Shown: in pieces, positions 10,369 to 22,767 of the stretch
Numbering within the stretch: position 1 is the first letter of the stretch
Layout of the letters: the number at the start of each line of letters is the position of its first letter
Assembly (NCBI GenBank): GCA_051294375.1
Contig: CM119265.1
Coordinates: forward strand, 6,891,489 to 6,955,488
Direction: 5' to 3'
Source: Paraspadella gotoi
Lineage: Eukaryota; Animalia; Chaetognatha
DNA: 64,000 nt
Position numbers and translations under genes: made by a program
The notes under the pieces: generated by a model
Told to the model about the DNA's origin: nothing
Databases searched by the model: none
What the model saw: only the letters and a program-made list of their open reading frames with translations

Positions 10369-12932
10369 GGTATCAATTATTGATTATCATCGTATCAATT
10401 ATTGGTTATCATCGCTTCAATTATTGGTTATCATCGCATCAATTATTAGTTATTATCGCATCAATCATTTATTATCATCATATCAATCATTTATTATTAT
10501 TGTATCAATTATTGGTTAATGGTTAATTGGTTATTATTGCATCAATAATTTGTTATCATCGCATAAATAATCAATTATTATTACATCAATCATTCTTTTT
10601 TTTTAGATTTTTCCATTAACTTTTTTTGATAATAACGTCTGGCGAGATCACTATACTTTTAAGATTTTTATTTTCTCAGCTTTAGGTTGCTTACTTATAA
10701 AGGTCACAAAGACTAAAAATTTTTATTTTGTAAAAAAAAAACGAAACTAAAATACTTACAATTCCTTCCGCCATATTCTTTTGTAGGAGGTTGCCATTGA
10801 TTGTTTTTTGATTAATTTATTTTTATTTAGAGCTGTAAGAAATATGCTTCAACCATCCTGATATGTGGTACTTACCGATAATAAAAATTTTATAAATTAA
10901 TAAATCTATAAAGAAAAAGGTTTCTCTTAAATTTTGTAAAAGATTTAACTTTTATACAGACGCAGCAAATAAATAAAAAGTGAGGAATGAACAACATTGT
11001 ACAAATAAACTTTAATGTATATAAAAATTTTATTATAATTTTTATAATTTACGCAGTAGGATATATTTATATATAGTACTAACCCTATAAATGTTAAAAT
11101 GGTTTGTTATAAGATTTTTTTGCAGATTTGGATTCGTCATAAAAAGTTGATAATAAGAAATATAACTTTTTAAAAAAATTCTTTCTTTCAGTTGTTTAAA
11201 AATCGGAAAAACCTATATTTTAGCTGAAAATTAAATATATACTAAAAAAAATAAATAAAAATAAAAATAAAAACAAACCAAAAAATTGTTTAACATATAC
11301 TTTAATATTTCATTCGTAATATGTATCCCTATCAGAACATATCATTCTACTAGTAGTCTTATCCTTATGATAAAAATAATCATACAATATAACAATAATC
11401 CCAACCAAAAAAATTATCCATTCCCCCTCTATTTGTTTGGCCTTGTAGATATTATGAGTTTCTCATTAATGATTTTCCAACTGGAATGATGTATATCTAT
11501 ATATATGTATATGTATGTATATTTATGTATATCTATTAGAAACTGGAACAGAAAGTAATCTAATCTTGTGTTGTGTAGATGCACCCTCTATTTCCCGAAG
11601 ATAACACTAATGTCCCCATCCCAAACATATAAATAATATTATATTTAAATATTTAACACAAAAATATTTTAACAAATAAATAAAATCATAAATAATATTT
11701 ATTTTAAATCTAAAAAATAAAGATAGTGAAACAAGTAAGTTTGCAACTTTCATAAATATATAGTTATATATATTTATATATAGCTTACTGCGAAAAAAAA
11801 TATTTAAAAAAATATAAAATAATTTTTTTTTTGAATTAATGTTCACTAAGGCGTAGTGAAAGTTGCAGATCAAAATTCGAATAGTTAATCATGAACAGTA
11901 TTAAAGAACATTAAGAAATTAAATTTTTTTAAAAAAATTTTCCAATTTCATACGCCCATATAAGTCTTAATCGTAAATTCTTTCATTAAGTTAGCTAAAA
12001 ATTAAAAAACTATATTTTTTATACTAAAATTAAATTATAAGTTAACTATAACATTTTTTTTAGGATTTTGACCCTTCTAAAAAAAGTTATATTTCCTTTT
12101 AACTTTTTTAAGGAATTCGAATCTGCTTTCACAAATAAGAAAAAAACATTTTAAAATTTTTATATTTTTTATAGCGAGTACTATTTATAAATATGGACGT
12201 ATGCGAAAATTGAAAAATAAATATTTTTTATTTAAAAATGTTCACATAAACAAGCCTGTTTATGATCTACTATTCGAATTTTGATTCAACTTGATTTTAA
12301 TATTTTTGCTACGCTTTAATGTTCACTGGTAGTACGTTGTTCATAATTGACCATTAGAATTTCCATATGTGACTTTCATTAAGCTCTAATAAATATTGTA
12401 ACATGTCTCAATCTTTTCATCGCTCCACCCTATTATGCAGTATGAATCAGGTGTCTACAATGCTTCTAAATAATTAGTCGGTTCAATTGACATCCTCAGT
12501 ATTGAATCTATTGATGTGTGAATAAAATACTATTTTAAAATTTGGCGACCGAGATTTTTTTCTTAAACGTCGCATTTTTGTTAATTTTTTCTTTTTTTAA
12601 TATACTGTTTGCCTTCGAGATACTTAACAGTTCTTACGTATAATTTATTTTCCTAGATATATAACGAAACCGAAATTTTTGAAAAATTCATATTTCATTG
12701 ACGATAAAAATTTTGTCTTGGGGTCTTTTGGTTTAAAATTCGTGACGGTTTTTGTTTATTTCAGCAAAAACAGCGCAGTTTTTTGTTTAAGATTGAGTAT
12801 TGTTTAAATTCATTGACAGTAATTTTTCGATTCTTTAACTGTAGATCAAATGTTTTGCCAGTTTAAAGTCAAATCTTGTCAGAAAATCTCCATATTAGTT
12901 AAATGAGGAGAAAATAATTTAATAACACAATA

Positions 12933-14769
12933 CAGAAGGCTTCATATTATAAAATGAGGTACACCTTTTTTGTTACCAGAACACGTTCCGAGAAAACTAC
13001 TGGACCAAATTTTATGAAATTTAGTATGAACGATCCCTATGTGAATACAAATAAAACTATCGAGGCGAATTTCAATATTTGACCCCTGAGCCGAGATATG
13101 GGGGTCCCGGAGGGGCCACTCTTAAAGGCAAAAAATGGTCAAAATAAGTCAAAAGTCGTTTAATTACCATAAATAATTTCTGTAAGAACCTAATTTGTCT
13201 GTTAATGAATTTTTTCTCCATATTTCTTCAAATCACTTTTTATCATTTGAAACGTTTCAAAGAACCTCAGAGGGCATTTATGATAATCATCATACGAGAA
13301 AAAGTTGTTTTTGCCAAAAAACGGAGGTTTTTCCGGAAATTTAAGCCATTTGTTCCTGACAACAGGGCCCAGGGGGTGGACCCCTGGCACAGTGATCCAA
13401 ACTCTTGTGGAATCTCGATTGGAACTTTGTGGAAATCCGTATAAACATTTGTGGATTTAATTCATTCTTTGATTGTCTTATTTAATTAAAGATTCATTGA
13501 TTATTCATTCTTTCGTCATTGATAATTATTTAATTGATTCATTACTGTTTTTCCCCTCAGCTATCATGAGTTAATGATTAATATTTTATAGCAGAGGTGT
13601 TGGGTACTTAGTGTTTTCTTAGTGATCTATTTGTGCTTACTAAGCTGTGGTTACTGATCCATTGTGTTCTCTCTTGATATACAATATTACAGTGTAGTGA
13701 CTCTGTGCTAGTGAAACTGTTGACGCCCTGCTGCCCGCGTCTAGTGGCATACGAGCAACGCCGAGACTCTTAAGCTGCCCCTTTGGTCTGCAGCCACCCA
13801 TCGACCCGTCAGTGGGTCCGCAAGGTTTGCCCCCTAACAATGGTGCATCGTCTTTTTTGCCATGCCTCGTGTGTGATTTTGATCCGGAGTGTGTCAACAA
13901 TTTGCCACTCCTCCCTTTGGAGAGCTGCCTCACCGTCTTTTGGTCTATTTTGACGTTTGAGGTTCTGCAGATTTCCGACCACAAAAATCCATCAGCAGTT
14001 CTGCCATTGTGATAGCCCATTGGGTTTGGCATTGCTGTGAAGACTCTAGTTCTTTTCATTTGTTTTCATTCATGAGTTTTACCTGGATCTTGCTGCGGAA
14101 GAGGACTTTGTTAGTGCTGAAAACTTCGTTGGCCCAAGGTGGGATTTGTGCAGTCCTTCACTTTTGTGCAGTATAAACGACGTGTATCTCCAAAGGTCTT
14201 TCTCACCATGTTGCGCAACAAGGTCTGGACGACGTGGCTCTGAGATCTATTAGAGGCTCACCCTTTTGAAGTCGGAGGGAGACGGGCTTGGCTACCTCCC
14301 TCGTGTGGCACGACTCCACCTGGCTTTCAGCAAATTCGCCGCTGCTCCTAGCTTGGTGCTACCCCTATCTCTTGTCAGGGGTTGAATATTAAAATTTGCC
14401 TCGATATTTCCATATATATCGTCATTAGGACTCTAAATGTAAAATTTCATGAAATTCGATCAGGTAGTTTGGTAGTATGGTGGACTAAAATCCACCAACC
14501 GTTCATCAGCGGCCATTGGTGCCGGAGGCAAGTCATTCGCCTCCCAACCCCAAGGTTCGGGGTTCTAGCCCGGTGGTCGCCTAGCAGTTAAGAGGGACGG
14601 GGCGCTTAACCCGCCTGTAACACGGTGTTACAGCCTGATCCGAAGCTCAGGGACTGCTTATATTGAACGGTTCTGTCATTAACACATAATAATAATTACT
14701 GTCTCTTCATTAGGAACAGATTCTGGTTACAAAAAAGGGGTACCTCATTTTATAATATGAAGCCTTCGG
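12933..14769. mobile_element. TA-flanked long-TIR non-autonomous DNA transposon (Tc1/mariner-like) carrying internal cargo
   Basis: TIR GAAGGCTTCATATTATAAAATGAGGTAC...CCAGAA at both ends with TA flanks; inner IR ~12995-13090 / 14375-14470. Confidence 0.75.
14509..14697 (+). mobile_element. tRNA-derived SINE
   Basis: The 72-nt head 14509-14580 has an acceptor-like stem GCGGCCA/TGGTCGC, an A-box-like TGGTGCCGGAGG and a B-box-like GGTTCTAGCCC; (ATA)n tail at ~14686-14696. Confidence 0.6.
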
Positions 14770-15703
14770 TAATATGAGTAATTTTGTTCGAGTTTTTTTC
14801 ATAATATTTTTTTAATAATATTTAACCATTAGTCACATTCTTTCATTTAACACAAAGAGAGAAGTTCTTGGTTTCTCATAAAATAAAAGGTGTTTTTAAT
14901 TGGGGTGTCTTGAAATAGTTATGGGATAGGAATATGTGCGCCTATTGATATTTTTGTAGTATTCTTCCGCTACCGCTCAAAGGATGAATGCACATTTATA
15001 ATACAGGTTATTCCTAAAAAAATACCCAATAATCTGGAGTATACACTATGCACTGCTTTATAAAACGTCCCTTTTTTCACACCCATAAAAATTAGTTGGT
15101 TGTTTAAAGTCTAATGGACCTTGCATGTGAATGGTGAGGTTGTTTGCTTCGTTGTATAGAGAGTTACAGGAGGCTAGGATTTTGCCGACAACGTGCTCAA
15201 CCACTTCTTTCTTTAAAATGAAGGCATCTCTTCGCCATCTTCTCGCTGGTTGAGAAATACATAGTGAGAAAAAAAAACATCCATAAAGGTTTTATTAAAA
15301 CAGGCGTTATTTCTGTACATAATTTTTTTCGAATGAAATCTCTGTTGATGCATCAGCATCGCAGGAAATGGACCAGTGTGCTGTAATTTTTTTTTAAATT
15401 TTGGTTTTGTTGGTTATCTAGGTTTGTTTAAAACCAGCATATTAAATAACGGCATTCTTTAAAATTATTAGTGCCAGATCTCTCGTTAACTTATTGTTAA
15501 CGTTTGACAAATTAAAATGCCTTACGATATTGTAAGCATAAATTTTCAGCCCAAATAATTCCTTTGTAAAACAATATTTTGTTTTCATGTAGAACGAATT
15601 CAATGCGACATGACCGCCAAAGAACTATTTTAAGGAATGACTAAATCAATAATAACTTGATCGACCACCTACAAGTGAGAAATCCTGCGAGTCTAACAAA
15701 GGG

Positions 15704-16453
15704 ATGTCGTTCACCGATGAGGACTACCTCCCCTGTCCAGCCGAGCTTGACGTGCCGCAAGAGCTCAATGTGAGCGCTCCTGTGCTGCGGGCCGCGGCTC
15801 ATCACATGGGGAAGTATTGCGATGAGAAGAGCAAAGAGTTTATGCTCTGCCGCCGCGAGGAAGAGGATCCTCGAAAGTGCTTGGACGAGGGAAAGGCCGT
15901 CACAGCGTGCGGCGTCGAGTTCCTCATGAAGATTAAAGAACACTGTTATCATCAGTTCACTGAGTACTGGCAGTGCGTCGATTACTGGGGCGGAGATTAC
16001 GGGGTCGGAACATATGGGAAGCTTAACCTTTGCCGCCAGAAACAAATTCCGTACGACGATTGCGTCCTCGAGAATTTAAACCAGGAACGAGTTCATTATG
16101 GTTATTTTGGAAGAATTCGCCTACACGATACCTGCCGACCAAAACCTGTGGATATTCCCATCAAGCACGCGCCCGTCGACGAACCCCCGAAGGAGTTCAG
16201 TTGCGAAGAAATCGAGGCGGTTAAAGAAAGCCTGGAAGGACTTTCTACGGAAAAGTTTCAAGCGTACTTTCAGAAACTGATTAAAGACATGCCACAGGAA
16301 GAGAAAAAGATGTTTTATTCATTAAGTCCGAATAGGAAGTACCTAGGTAACGACCCTAATACTTATGGGCCTGATAATAATTGGTATTGGAACGCTAACT
16401 ACCCCCGCGATTATAAGCCAAGTCGACAATACACTAGCGATTTTGGAGTTTAA
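15704..16453 (+). CDS. NDUFA8: NADH dehydrogenase (complex I) accessory subunit NDUFA8 (twin CX9C), single exon, C-terminally extended
   Basis: 249-aa ORF: ELNVSAPVLRAAAHHMGKYC...EFMLCR...DPRKCLDEGKAVTAC...HC...FTEYWQC...CRQKQ..YDDC...RPKP, matching the NDUFA8 cysteine pattern; AATAAA signals follow the stop. Confidence 0.93.
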   Translation: MSFTDEDYLPCPAELDVPQELNVSAPVLRAAAHHMGKYCDEKSKEFMLCRREEEDPRKCLDEGKAVTACGVEFLMKIKEHCYHQFTEYWQCVDYWGGDYGVGTYGKLNLCRQKQIPYDDCVLENLNQERVHYGYFGRIRLHDTCRPKPVDIPIKHAPVDEPPKEFSCEEIEAVKESLEGLSTEKFQAYFQKLIKDMPQEEKKMFYSLSPNRKYLGNDPNTYGPDNNWYWNANYPRDYKPSRQYTSDFGV

Positions 16454-16614
16454 GCAACACTTATAGGAGGAAGGTTTATTTTGAAAAAATAAAATTAAGT
16501 TTGCTGGATTTTACATTAAAACCAAGTGTTTGAATAAAATTGTGACAGTATAGACAGTAAAACAACTTTTGATTGACTAATGTGTGTCTGCGTTGTTGAT
16601 ATTTAGTTATAATT

Positions 16615-18176
16615 ATGGAAGCCAACTCTCTTGATACGTTAACGGAACGCAACGACGACGTTGTCAACGATTTTCCCCAAGGAATTGATGCCACCGTCGC
16701 TAGAAAAAAAGATTCAAAAACTGTTGATGATCTTGAAAGTCTCAATCATGAAAACTGCAGCGAAAACGAGAACGAAGACGACCATGACGACGACGTTCAT
16801 TCTTCTTTCGACGAAGAAGCTCAACTCTTAATAGAACTTGAAAAGTCTGTTGGAAATTCATTAGATTCGCCGTCTAACGAATCTGCGAACAAAAGCTCTC
16901 CCGATTTGACTCTCGACGAAACAATTGAAGCCTCGACTTCGAAAGATTCTTCGGAAACAGATTCCCCGAAAGTCGCCTCCTCGTCACCTCCGTTGCAAAC
17001 AACTCGGCCACGACCTCCCGTTTGGCTGCATCGGTTAGATTCTGATTCGGGCGGACAGCCCAGGTCGAAAAAGGAGATTATGGAGGAAGCTCGCGAGAAA
17101 ATGCAAGTATTGGTGTCTTCATTCTCCGAAAAACAGCTCAACAGATACGAAATGTTTAGACGTTCATGCTTCCCCAAGGTAGGACGTTTAGACAATTTGT
17201 TAATTGTTAAAGGTACCTCTTTTGTTTTTTAAATTAACCGTACAAATCTAGGAATAATGTTCACTTTTGCAATGTTTAATTTATTTTTGTTTCATATCAA
17301 ATACATAATTTATATCAAACTAATTGGATAGAGTAAATTTCGGATAATTTTTATTTTTATTATTTCTTTATTTTCGGATTCCAATCACGGATTTTTATTG
17401 CGAAAAACTTTTATAAAAACTTTTTGAAGGGGATTGAATGATACTGTGGACGCCACAAGTTTCAGAGTAAGAATGATTGTTGTTCGTCCACAATACCATT
17501 ATTAAACTCACAAAACAACAAGTAAAAGCGTTTGCCCATATGCACTCGCTTTCCCACTCCGAAGCAGTGAAATTGTTTCGACAGCTGGATTCTGCTTCGA
17601 TGAAAGACTCGTTTCATAAATATTTTTTTCTTTGTTTGCTGCTTTTGTTCGTTTTTTTGTTTTGTTTTTTTTTTCTCCCTTTTTTTCCATTTTTTTTTAT
17701 TTGTCGCTTGAATCTCAAGTTGAGAGTTTTTTATCGTGAGAGACAATTCTAATTTATTTTACTGTATATTTTGTTTTTATAATGGAATATACTTTTAAAA
17801 AGTATATCTGATACTTTTTATTGAATTCGCATTTCTATACTAGTCCACGATCAAACGGCTCATGCAAAATGTCACCTCAGGATCGTCAATTTCGCAAAAC
17901 GTCGTCATCGCCATGGCTGGAATATCTAAAGTTTTCGTCGGTTCGACCAGACAATTAATAAATTAAGTGGGCTTTGCCTAAACTTTCTTTCTGTTCGTAG
18001 GAGAAGTCGTGGAGGAAGCTTTGGACTACAAAAAGTTGCGCGGCGATACTGGGCCATTGCTTCCACTTCATCTTCGCGAGGCAGTTCGTCGTCTTAAAAG
18101 AAAGAACTCTGCTCACGACATGGTCGCCGGCGTCGCTCCACTTAATCCAGCTTTTAAAAAACGAAGAAGATTTTAA
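16615..18176 (+). CDS. TAF11: TFIID subunit TAF11; exons 16615-17178, 17844-17940, 18001-18176
   Basis: The spliced translation gives [29 protein letters not shown]|[33 protein letters not shown]|EVVEEALD...[16 protein letters not shown] (TAF11 histone fold). GT-AG introns keep the frame. Confidence 0.93.
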
Positions 18177-18267
18177 ATATAAATTAATTTATATTTTCAA
18201 CTTTTTTTCTTATAGATGATTTTTTTTGACGGATAAAGAATAAACTTTGACAAGGAAAGAATCGGTC

Positions 18268-21200
18268 ATGATAGCGACTATCGGGCGTCGCGCCGTCCAG
18301 GCTGTTTTGTCGAATCCATCTCCGAGCCACGCTCTCTCGGGCGTGCGTAATGGCAGTGGCGGCGGCGGCGGGGTTTGGGTTTACCGCCGTATTCAAGAAG
18401 CTGAGCCCATAAACACACGATATTGGTCGTATATTATGTCAACCTTCTTTTGGTACTGGGTATTCACTTTTTTTTATTTCGAACCTGAATACTTTTTTGG
18501 TCACACTCCCCCGCCGGATCCTGAATCCTTTACAGACGAAGAATTAGGAATTCCTTGCGAACAGGTTACGTATAGGAAAGATTTTCCACCTCCCGCGATT
18601 ATTTTTTTTTCCAATACGTCGTCAATACTTTTTTCTGCAATTACTTTTTAGCCGGATCTGCTTAACTTTGTCGGTCCGTCAGTCCGCCCCCCCAATTTTG
18701 TCTCTAAGTCACTTAAATCATGTCAGAACATCGAATTATGAGAAATTATGCCAACAAGTTTGAGCAAACAATGTCGGATCTGCCCACGATCATTATCGGT
18801 AAATAAATTAAATGAGTTTAAATGGAAAAAACATAAGTAACATTTACTTGAATCTTTTTACTAATTTGAACCTTTATTATTCGAAATAATTTTTTAATTA
18901 ATTAATAGATTGAGATGAAATTTTGTGCGTGGGGAGGAAAGTGATTGAGCCGGATATAAAGTTTCAATCGAAAGAACCAAAGTCAAGTTGACTTGAATTT
19001 TTATTAATTATGCTTATTCATGAATGTTTTAATTATTTAAAATTTGATTTATAAATCAAATTAAAATAATTAGATATATATGAAAATTTACAAATTACTT
19101 GTTTCACTATTTTCTATTTTAATATTTTAATATTTTTATGAAGGATTTAGTATTTAATCTATATTATTTAATCAAACATATATTGCTTTCTTTTTTAAAA
19201 ATGTTTTATCTAATAATTCAATTTGGGAAGGGGAAGTCAGTGTTATCTTCTGGAAATAGAGGGAGCATCTATACAACACAAGGTTAGATTACTATCTGTC
19301 CTAGTTTTCTAATAGATATCACACATCATTTCTGTTAGAAAGTCATTAATGAAAAATCATAATATCTAAGAAGCTGAACAGAAAAGGATAATTTTTTGAG
19401 GGGGGACCAACGTTATATATGATTTTTTTTACCAATAGGGATAAGACTACCATGTAGAATTGTATGTTCTGATAGGGATACATACTGGGGAAAGGTCTAT
19501 AGGGGCACCTTTATGTCATGAATATAATTTTAAAATACTTTAATGAAAATTTTATTTTTTCTTTATCCTATTTTTTAATTATTTCTTTTTTGAATATTTT
19601 TTATCTTTTATGTTTATACAATGGGAAGGTAATCAGTTGGGAACCTATACCCTTCATGGATTTCGGCTCTTTAATCCCAATATCCAGGTATATTAGATAT
19701 AAAGTTTCGATAGAATCTTGCGAGCGAAAGTGAAAAAAAAGTAACATTTACTCTTGCTCTCTATCTTGCTCTCTCTCTTGCTCACTCTGCAAGTTACAAA
19801 AATTATACAAGTTGAATAAATTATATGGGTAAAAAAAAGATGTTAGTTGAAAAAAATGCAGGTTTAAAAAATTATGTGAGTTAAAAAAAAATTATGCGAT
19901 TTTAAAAAAAGGAGCGAGGTAAAAAAAAATGATGCAAGTTTTAAAAATGATGCATTTTAAAAAAATGAGGCAAGTTGAAAAAACAAATCTAGTTAAAAAA
20001 ATTATTTGTATCATACTATTATTAAATATAATCAGTATATTTTTATATATTTTTATCAGTAATCACTTAAGAAGTATAAATACTTTAAATTTATATCTTA
20101 AAAAGAATTAATATGACAGTTTGCTATCTACAATTTAATAAAACCCCCAAAAAAATTCAAACCCGAGTTTTTTTTTAAAAAACACAGGTTTTTGCCAACC
20201 CTGTTTCCGAATTTATATTGAATTTTTTTTTTAGTAGCTTCCTTTTATTTTTTTGTAGGTCAAATCATTTAAAAGTTACTTTATTATGAAAAATGGCGAA
20301 AAAAATGTATTTAATTTTCCACCATTTTTGGTATTTAGTTATTTGTTTTATATTAACTAGTTATTTTTTAAATATTTTTTTAATTTAACAATGCTAAAGG
20401 CCTTGCACCTCTTTCTGGTTCAAAAAAGTATTATTATAGCTTTCAGAAAAGAGGAAAAGATGCGCAACATTAATATCAGGGCTGCGCAGAATTGCGTTAA
20501 AGATGTCGAAAAACATTTTGCTGTCATACCTCAATTTGCTGTATAAGAGCATACCCAGATAAAGGCAGGCAGTAGTTGATGCCGAGGAAGGGTATACCAA
20601 ATATTGAGAATGTTATCATTATGTTTTACCCATGTTTTATATACTTTTTATTGAATAAATGAATTATGTCATATACTTTTTTCCTAAATAGTACATTTTT
20701 TTCCTATTTTTATCGTTGCACGGAAGCGATAATCGAGCTTTGAATGTGATTCTATATACATGGTGACAATTTTACAAGCGCTGTCATTTGCAAACCAGTG
20801 GTTATTTCATTGATTTTAAAAATTAGTTGAGTAGAAAATATTAAAGTCATTTATGTGTTCAATTTTTTTATTGATCAGTTAAGATATGCTTTGGCAATAG
20901 TGAGAAAGTTGGCTTGTAAAATCGGGTTTCATTTTCCAACTCACTGTTTTTTTTTTTTTTCAACTTTTAGTACTTTTTAAACAAAGTATTTATTAAGATA
21001 TTAACAATATTAATATCCTCAGAAAGCCCTTAAAAAAATGAAGAGAATGATATACTTACGAAAGCTCTAACATAAAAATTAAGAGAGTCAAAAGTTAATT
21101 ATCTAAAATTTTAAATATTTTTTTAAAATATATGATCTGTTTAAATTATTATAATATAAAATATTATTATTTATATAAGTATCATGAAAGAGCCTGAAAA

Positions 21201-21467
21201 AAAAAGATTTAAGATAGCCAATCACAATTTGATAAAAATCTTAAATTTGTACATACTTAGAATTTTTTAGCTGAATGTCTTGCTCGCGACTTGGCTAATT
21301 TTATTTTTTCTTCTAAATAGGATCCGGATCCAAAACCTTCTGAGATGCGAGTGCGAAAGGAGAGGCCTCGCTTTCTTCCTAACTTCCTTGTCGATTATTA
21401 CCATGAGAAGTATGGAGGCTCGCGCATTCTGCCGCGCCGGGCCGCAGCTGCCGGTTGCGACAAATGA
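18268..21467 (+). CDS. NDUFB2: Complex I accessory subunit NDUFB2 (AGGG); exons 18268-18564 and probably 21321-21467
   Basis: Mitochondrial presequence ending VRNGSGGGG, then W-rich FFWYWVF..FYFEPEYFFGH.PPPDPESFTDEELGIP. The phase-0 donor at 18565 joins a polypyrimidine-AG acceptor at 21320, giving DPDPKPSEMRVRKERPRFLPNFLVDYYHEKYGG...CDK*. The last exon is inferred. Confidence 0.85.
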
Positions 21468-22535
21468 ACTTAATTCATTGTCTATGTAATTTGTAAAAAA
21501 AATGCGTGTCACTTATGACTGTTGAGAGTACTGATAACAATGGCGAGTTGCGGTTTAATTTGCTTTTTCAATTTCAACTCTCTAGGCAAAGTAGAATATA
21601 GAATACACATTGTGCCCCTTAAAAATTGTCTTCAAAGCCGAGCGATAAAATAATACTACGATAAATTCCGTCCTTTCGTCATCACTATGTTGGACATCAA
21701 CTCTCGTTGTGGTTCGTCGATCTTATAACCCCGCTCATCAATTATATCTTTTTAACATGTTATGACGAAACACATATTTCAGAACGTCATTGAGACGAAC
21801 ATTTTAATTTCGTCGACTTCACGAAGTTTCGACAGTCCTCCATCCAAGAAATCTATTTTGTGGCTCATGAGTCCAACTTAGAAAGTGTTGGTTCGTTTTT
21901 ACTTCGCCAGATGGGTTAAAGACCGACTTGCTATTACATCAATCAATTGTTATTACATCAATCAATTGTTATTGCATCAATCAATTGATATTACTTCAAT
22001 CAATTGCTATTACATCAATCAATTGCTATTACATTAATATATATGCTATTACATCAATCAATTGCTATTACATCAATCAATTACTATTACATCAATAATT
22101 TGTTATTGCATTAATCATTCTTTTTTTTTCAGATTTTTTTATTAATTTTCGGCGAGATCACTATACTTTAAGATTTTTAGTTTTTAGTCGGGTCTGATTC
22201 TCGCAGATTCCGACTTTATAATTCATTGTCGGATTGACAGTCCACCCCCACAATTTTGTAAGAACATCAAATTATTATAAATTTTGCAAAAAACATGTCT
22301 CCGTCCGTCCGTCTATCCGTCCGTCCCCCTCTGCAATTACTCGTGATTGGAAGAATGGATTAGAATGAAATTTTGTGTGTGGCTAGGAATTGGTGTGATG
22401 GAGCTGGATATGAAGTTTTGATAGAATCGGGCGAGTCGAAATGAGTTTAAATGGAAAAAAAATTCATGTTTTTTCGAAATCTTTTACTTATATTTAGTCT
22501 AATTATTCTAATTATTAAAAATTAGATAGATAAAT

Positions 22536-22767
22536 TGTGTTTATCTTTTTTTCAGTGTTTTTTTCAAAACTTAAAAGCTCTGATAAAGGCTTGAATTAAA
22601 GCCGAAACATGTCACTCCGGTAAATAAAAATCGTTGTTGAAAAAAAAATATTTTGATAGATAAATCAAAACACTGATGAAGACTCGAACCTGTCAAGAGT
22701 CGAAACATGTCCGTTAATAATGTCAATTACAAATTCCTTGTAAAAAGTAATAAAAACTTACGTTTTC
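22536..22767 (+). mobile_element. Two tandem short hammerhead-bearing pLTR fragments of the same family
   Basis: Motif 1 at 22580-22613 (CTGATAA variant, GGCTT/AAGCC, GAAACATGTC). Motif 2 at 22673-22711 (CTGATGA, GACTC/GAGTC, GAAACATGTC). Each is followed by the family's AT-rich 3' segment. Confidence 0.72.

Larger units (their letters stand above)
8203..10669 (+). mobile_element. Helentron/DINE-1-like family 2 (subTIR ATCTCGCCAGA / TCTGGCGAGAT) with an internal ~20-bp ATCATCGCATCAAT satellite
   Basis: 5' TTTTATCTCGCCAGA plus hairpin at 8203 and 3' TCTGGCGAGATCACTATACTTTTAAGATTTTT at 10638-10669. Related copies lie at ~21902-22180 and 32226-32975. Confidence 0.6.

Noticed and set aside
14509-14580. 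Functional tRNA gene
   Set aside because: D and anticodon arms pair poorly, and it is followed by a body and an (ATA)n tail, so a SINE fits better.
20394-20600. Minus-strand 68-aa ORF with a YLG motif (possible LINE RT remnant)
   Set aside because: Too short and degenerate to assign without a search.
21930-22110. Regularly spaced ~20-bp repeats as a CRISPR array
   Set aside because: Head-to-tail satellite with no unique spacers, in eukaryotic context and without cas genes.
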